Program-made: the position numbers and the translations under genes
Notes under the pieces: generated by a model
What the model was told of the DNA's origin: nothing
The model's database searches: none
Seen by the model: only the letters and a program-made list of their open reading frames with translations
Assembly (NCBI GenBank): GCA_013177855.1
Contig: JABLYA010000001.1
Coordinates: 417,231 to 481,230, forward strand
Direction of reading: 5' to 3'
Length of the DNA: 64,000 nucleotides
Source: Ignavibacteria bacterium
GTDB taxonomy: Bacteria > Bacteroidota > Ignavibacteria > Ch128b
In this document: in pieces, positions 59,846-64,000 of the stretch
How positions within the stretch are numbered: position 1 is the stretch's first letter
Layout of the letters: the number at the start of each line of letters is the position of its first letter

Positions 59846-60491
59846 ACTTAAGAAAATTTTTAGTTGAACGGATCAATACTGCAAATCCATTCTTAACGAT
59901 TAAACTAAAATTTTCTTTAGTTGCAACATTACTGGTACTTTCTCGCCTGCCAAACATTAAATGTTCATCATTTAACTTATATCGCAAATTCTCAGTAGTT
60001 ATTTTAACCTGTGGATCAAAACATAAAATGGAGATTAATTCACCTTTTTCAGACTTAAACGAACTCTTACCCGTCACAAATTGAAGAGTCGAGTTATTGT
60101 CAACCATTACGATTTGAAAATCACTCACAAACTTTAATGCATTAGAAATATTACTTAATGTATGATCAAATCTTTTCCCGCTAAATCCAACAACGAAAAT
60201 TTTATTGTAGTGAAGCCTTTTACAAAGTTTAAGTGCCTTTTCAAGGTCAGTATCGCTTTGTCGTGAAAGTTTAATGATTTTAACATTATTGTTTCTATAA
60301 AACTTTAAAATTTTTGTATTTACCGAATCCAGATCTCCAATAATAAATTTTGGTAATTCACCTATTTTATAAATTGAATTGGTTCCCCCATCAGCAGCTA
60401 TTAAATCTGCATTATATTTTGTTTTTATTTTTTGAAAGATCCCTTTTTGAATTGGTGACCCGTTACAATAAATAATCGCTGATTTCATCAT
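59838..60491 (-). CDS. Thiamine pyrophosphokinase
   Basis: 217 aa. ...IAADGGTNSIYKIGELPKFIIGDLDS... matches the TPK catalytic-domain pattern. 8-nt overlap with the SSF gene. Confidence 0.6.
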   Translation of the reverse strand: MMKSAIIYCNGSPIQKGIFQKIKTKYNADLIAADGGTNSIYKIGELPKFIIGDLDSVNTKILKFYRNNNVKIIKLSRQSDTDLEKALKLCKRLHYNKIFVVGFSGKRFDHTLSNISNALKFVSDFQIVMVDNNSTLQFVTGKSSFKSEKGELISILCFDPQVKITTENLRYKLNDEHLMFGRRESTSNVATKENFSLIVKNGFAVLIRSTKNFLKYD

Positions 60492-60544
60492 AAAAATTTG
60501 AGAATATCTAATTATTGAATTGGAATAGAGAGCATTGAAGTAAA

Positions 60545-60630
60545 AAAATGGATAAAAAACGAAGGGCTGTCTAATTTATTCAGAAAAGTTGATTGATATT
60601 CTGAATGTTGAAAAATAATTAGACAGCCCT
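60545..60630 (-). terminator. Compound hairpin terminator downstream of the Hc1-like gene
   Basis: 14-bp outer stem AGGGCTGTCTAATT/AATTAGACAGCCCT enclosing a 40-nt loop with an inner 8-bp stem ATTCAGAA/TTCTGAAT. Followed on the minus strand by TCGTTTTTTATCC. Confidence 0.5.
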
Positions 60631-60636
60631 AAAAAA

Positions 60637-60873
60637 TTAATTATTTTCTCCGCTTTCGGTTTGTTCAGTCGGAGTTTCACCGCCTGATTTTTGAGATTTT
60701 CTTTCCATTCTTACTTTTTGAATTTCATTTCTAAGCTCTTGAGCCATTCTTCTTAATTCCTGCAATGACTTTCGAAGTCTGGTTCCAGCTGCATTTTTAC
60801 CTTTAACAAAGAATTTTTCGTAGTCACCCTGCATTGTGTCTATAAAGTTTTTTAATTCGTCTAATTTATTCAT
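60637..60873 (-). CDS. Histone H1-like nucleoid protein (Hc1-like)
   Basis: 78 aa, basic. ...KGKNAAGTRLRKSLQELRRMAQELRNEIQKVR... resembles the Hc1 N-terminal domain. Family assigned from memory. Confidence 0.5.
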   Translation of the reverse strand: MNKLDELKNFIDTMQGDYEKFFVKGKNAAGTRLRKSLQELRRMAQELRNEIQKVRMERKSQKSGGETPTEQTESGENN

Positions 60874-60952
60874 TGAAACCTCCAGTTTTTAGTTTTTTTG
60901 GTTAACCTTTAGCACTAATATAAGCAATAAATTAAAGATAAATTCACTTAAA

Positions 60953-62065
60953 TCACCAATTTTTAATCTTTTTTAAACTTTTTTCGTGGAGTTTGATAAG
61001 AGTTTCCATCATTTCAGGAATTCTGCGATAAAGTCTTTTTGGTTCTCTTGGTTTTCTTTTAGCCAATGCATAAGAAGTTATGATTGGCATTGCGACAGTT
61101 GAATCGAGATAACAAACAACACTATCAGGCAATTTGTTTGGATCAACTTTTCCCCAGCTGACAGCTTCTGATGGAGTTGCACCCGAAAGCCCACCAGTGT
61201 CTGGTCTCGCATCTGTTACCTGTAGGAAATAGTCATGACCTTTTTCATCAATTGCAAGTACTTCCTGAATTTGAGGTTCAGTTTGCAGCATAAAATTCTT
61301 TGGCGAACCGCCGCCAAAAATCAGAACAGCACTTTTTCCGCCATTAATTTTAGCATTTAATACAATTGCCGCAGTTTCATTAACATCTCTGTTAACATCG
61401 AACTTAAATTTATTACCGTGCAGTGCCATTGCAGCCACATTCATTCCAATTGATGAGTCTCCTGGTGAAGAAGTATAAATAGGAACTTCATATAAATAAG
61501 CATTGGATAAAATTGAATGATGAGGAAGCCCTAATGCTTTTTCTCTTTCGTAAACAAATTTTCCGAGATGATAATGAAATTCTGCTGTGCTCATTTCTTT
61601 TTGAAATATTTCGCTTTTCAATACCTTCCGATAAAACGCATCTGTTGATAACAAAACTTTGTAATCGAACAAAATATCATAAATACGAACTACTCCTTTT
61701 TCTCTTAAATCTCTATCATCAACATTTGGAGTCCCCTTATGAAGCGAAAGCCCCAAACCAAAATGAGTATCATGATAGAGATTTGCACCAGTGCTTACAA
61801 TCCAATCAACAAATCCTGCTTTTATGAGCGGAACTACACAAGTCCCGCCGAGTCCTGCTGGTGTCAATGCACCGGTTAAACTCATTCCAATTGTTACATC
61901 AGGTTCGAGCATCTTTTCAGTAAATAATCTGCAAGCGTCGGAGAGCCTTCCAGCATTATAAGCCTGGAAATAATTATCAACTAATTCTACAACACCTACA
62001 TCAGGTTTAATTGGTTTTGTATTGATTTTTTTACCCGATAAATATTTTTTCTTTGACATAATCAC
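60953..62065 (-). CDS. Deoxyhypusine synthase-like (homospermidine-synthase-like) protein
   Basis: 370 aa. ...[41 protein letters not shown]... and ...[11 protein letters not shown]... match the DHS family. Confidence 0.75.
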   Translation of the reverse strand: MIMSKKKYLSGKKINTKPIKPDVGVVELVDNYFQAYNAGRLSDACRLFTEKMLEPDVTIGMSLTGALTPAGLGGTCVVPLIKAGFVDWIVSTGANLYHDTHFGLGLSLHKGTPNVDDRDLREKGVVRIYDILFDYKVLLSTDAFYRKVLKSEIFQKEMSTAEFHYHLGKFVYEREKALGLPHHSILSNAYLYEVPIYTSSPGDSSIGMNVAAMALHGNKFKFDVNRDVNETAAIVLNAKINGGKSAVLIFGGGSPKNFMLQTEPQIQEVLAIDEKGHDYFLQVTDARPDTGGLSGATPSEAVSWGKVDPNKLPDSVVCYLDSTVAMPIITSYALAKRKPREPKRLYRRIPEMMETLIKLHEKSLKKIKNW

Positions 62066-62088
62066 TCCATTTTATTTCAAATTTTGTT

Positions 62089-64000
62089 CTAAATTGATTC
62101 AGCAACTATTTCTGCAATATCTTTAACTTGAACATTATCAGCTGCAACTTTTGCTTTAACTCCATCAGTCATCATTGTCATACAGAAAGGACAAGCAGTT
62201 GCAATTGTGTCTACATTAAGCGAAAGAGCCTCTTCGGTTCTTTCGATGTTAATTCGTTTTCCTTCTTTCTCTTCTAAAAACATTCTACCGCCGCCAGCTC
62301 CACAACAGAAACCTTTATCAAATGAACGTTTCATCTCTTTTAATTCAATTCCATTGATTGATTTTAATGTTTCTCGTGGTGAATTATAGATTTCATTATA
62401 CCTGCCAAGATAACAGGAGTCATGATAAGTTAATGATTTCTTTTCATTTCCTTTCAATTGAATTTTACCATCTTTAAGCAATTGTTCAATTAACTCTGTG
62501 TGATGAATAACTTCATAATTTCCGCCAAATTGCGGATACTCATTTTTAAGTGAATGATAACAATGAGGACACGCTGTTAGAATTTTCTTAACGCCATATT
62601 TCTCAAGCGTTTGAATATTCTCTTTCATCAAAATCTGAGCAAGGTATTCATTACCCAATCTTCTTGCAGCATCGCCATTACACTTTTCTTCACTACCTAG
62701 AATTTTAAAATCAATCCCTGCTGATTTTAGAATTTTTACAATTGAGCGACTGACTTTTTTATATCTTTCGTCGAATGAGCCAGCGCAACCAACCCAGAAG
62801 AGTAATTCTGGTGAATTGTCTTCTGAAGCAATTTTCACATCTAAACCTTCAGCCCATTGTGCCCTGTCTGTGTAACTGAAAGCCCAGGGAGTGAAATTTG
62901 TTTCGAGATTTCTAAAAACAACATTTAATTCAGAAGGGAAATTTGCTTCGGTCAATACAAGTCCCCGTCGTAAATCTACGATCGTATCAATATGTTCAAT
63001 CATTACAGGACACTCAGTCACACAGGCGTTGCAAGTTGTACAAGCCCAAATTTCTTCATCCGTGATATAATTATGAATTAAAGTTTTTGTCTGAATATTC
63101 TGATCTTCAGGATAGAAAATCTTATCATGAAGTCTTTGCCGAACATCCATAATTATCTTTCGTGGTGATAGAGCTTTACCGGTGTAATTAGCAGGACATG
63201 CAGCAGTACACCTGCCGCATTCTGTACAGGTATATCCATCGAATAACTGTTTCCAGCTTAAATGTTCTACATCGAGAGCACCAAATGTTGTAAGCGATTC
63301 GTCCTCGAGATTAATTGGTTTAAGAGTATTTTTCTCAGGTTTAAGTTTAGCAAAGAAAACATTTGGAATCGAAGTTAATACATGGAGATGTTTTGAATAA
63401 GGAAGATAATTTAAGAAAATCAAAATTGTAACGATGTGTATCCACCAAAAGTATTCAAAATTGATATAACTTTTTTTGATTTCTAAGCTTTCTCTTAAAA
63501 AGTCACTAAAAAATCGAAAAGAATAAATGTCCCAATGAGGACTATGAATGTTTTGTCCAAACATTGAAACGATCACAATAGTAATTAGAGTCAGAATAAA
63601 GGCTGCATCAAGATTTCCATCTTTTTCGGAGTGAAGTCTTTTTATTTTAAAGACAAACCTTCTTAAAACTGCTATCAAAACACCGACCAAAACTAAAACA
63701 CCAAAAAGGTCTTGAGTAAACGTAATTAATGTGTAAATTCCTTTTAGAAAATTAAAAGAAAATGAAGGAACAAATCCCTGGATAATTGATTCGATTACAA
63801 CAATTAGCAAAACACAAAATCCCCAGAAAATAAAAGCATGCATCAAACCTGCTACAGGCTCTCTTAATAATTTCGACTGACCAAGTGCAACGACAAATAC
63901 ATTTTTAAGTCTTTCCAAAATTCTATCAAAACGATTTTCTGGTTTACCAAGCAATAAACTTTTGTAAAGTTTTCTTACACTATGAATAAAAATACCAAAG
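62089..64000 (-). CDS. Membrane-anchored Fe-S oxidoreductase, HdrD/GlpC/DsrK-like with N-terminal multi-TM (NarI/DsrM-like) region; 5' end beyond window
   Basis: Two 4Fe-4S motifs CTECGRCTAACPA and CTTCNACVTECPV, two CCG-like Cys clusters (GCAGSFDERY, FCCGAGGG). His-containing N-terminal TM helices. Reading frame stays open to nt 64000, so the TTG at 63954 is not necessarily the start. Confidence 0.6.
   Translation of the reverse strand, partial: FGIFIHSVRKLYKSLLLGKPENRFDRILERLKNVFVVALGQSKLLREPVAGLMHAFIFWGFCVLLIVVIESIIQGFVPSFSFNFLKGIYTLITFTQDLFGVLVLVGVLIAVLRRFVFKIKRLHSEKDGNLDAAFILTLITIVIVSMFGQNIHSPHWDIYSFRFFSDFLRESLEIKKSYINFEYFWWIHIVTILIFLNYLPYSKHLHVLTSIPNVFFAKLKPEKNTLKPINLEDESLTTFGALDVEHLSWKQLFDGYTCTECGRCTAACPANYTGKALSPRKIIMDVRQRLHDKIFYPEDQNIQTKTLIHNYITDEEIWACTTCNACVTECPVMIEHIDTIVDLRRGLVLTEANFPSELNVVFRNLETNFTPWAFSYTDRAQWAEGLDVKIASEDNSPELLFWVGCAGSFDERYKKVSRSIVKILKSAGIDFKILGSEEKCNGDAARRLGNEYLAQILMKENIQTLEKYGVKKILTACPHCYHSLKNEYPQFGGNYEVIHHTELIEQLLKDGKIQLKGNEKKSLTYHDSCYLGRYNEIYNSPRETLKSINGIELKEMKRSFDKGFCCGAGGGRMFLEEKEGKRINIERTEEALSLNVDTIATACPFCMTMMTDGVKAKVAADNVQVKDIAEIVAESI

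Noticed and set aside
62089-63954. TTG at 63954 as the definitive start of the Fe-S protein
   Set aside because: The reading frame stays open to the window edge, so the gene probably begins beyond nt 64000. Reported as partial.

Overview
AT-rich (about one-third GC) chromosomal segment. Repeated type IX secretion C-terminal sorting domains, TonB-dependent receptors and Bacteroidota-style gene packing point to a Bacteroidota/Ignavibacteriota-like organism. No rRNA, tRNA, CRISPR array, transposase or integrase was found. Coding density is very high and most genes are on the minus strand. In window order the content is: partial pfkA; a UvrD/PcrA helicase; an 18.5-kb, 12-gene co-directional cluster (3166-21696, minus) described in the findings; a peptide-scavenging locus (M29-like aminopeptidase, MFS, PepD dipeptidase, an orphan PqqD-like protein, OPT oligopeptide transporter); a NifX/NifB-like protein; a DUF2400-like protein and pdxJ; a CusCBA-type heavy-metal RND efflux operon with accessory genes (c-type cytochrome lipoprotein, Cys-rich membrane protein, small outer-membrane barrel); a TonB-dependent receptor translationally coupled to a T9SS-secreted BNR/sialidase-like protein; a frameshifted Gfo/Idh/MocA oxidoreductase; dxs and xseB/xseA; a second TonB-dependent receptor; a pyrR-pyrB-pyrC operon with a putative PyrR attenuator; a patatin-like phospholipase; a PLP-dependent decarboxylase; smpB, tyrS and pdaD; an SSF transporter overlapping thiamine pyrophosphokinase; an Hc1-like histone; a deoxyhypusine-synthase-like protein; and a membrane-anchored HdrD-like Fe-S protein that runs off the window. 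The most interesting candidate for an undescribed system is the 12-gene cluster, which couples an ExbB/ExbD proton-motive motor to a TonB-position protein whose C-terminal domain is not TonB-like. That domain recurs in the adjacent lipoprotein. The same cluster carries a 1052-aa TPR scaffold, a 992-aa outer-membrane barrel with calcium-binding TSP3 repeats, a PorV/PorQ-like barrel, and T9SS type A and type B cargo proteins. All calls rest on motif reading of the supplied translations; no database search was run.
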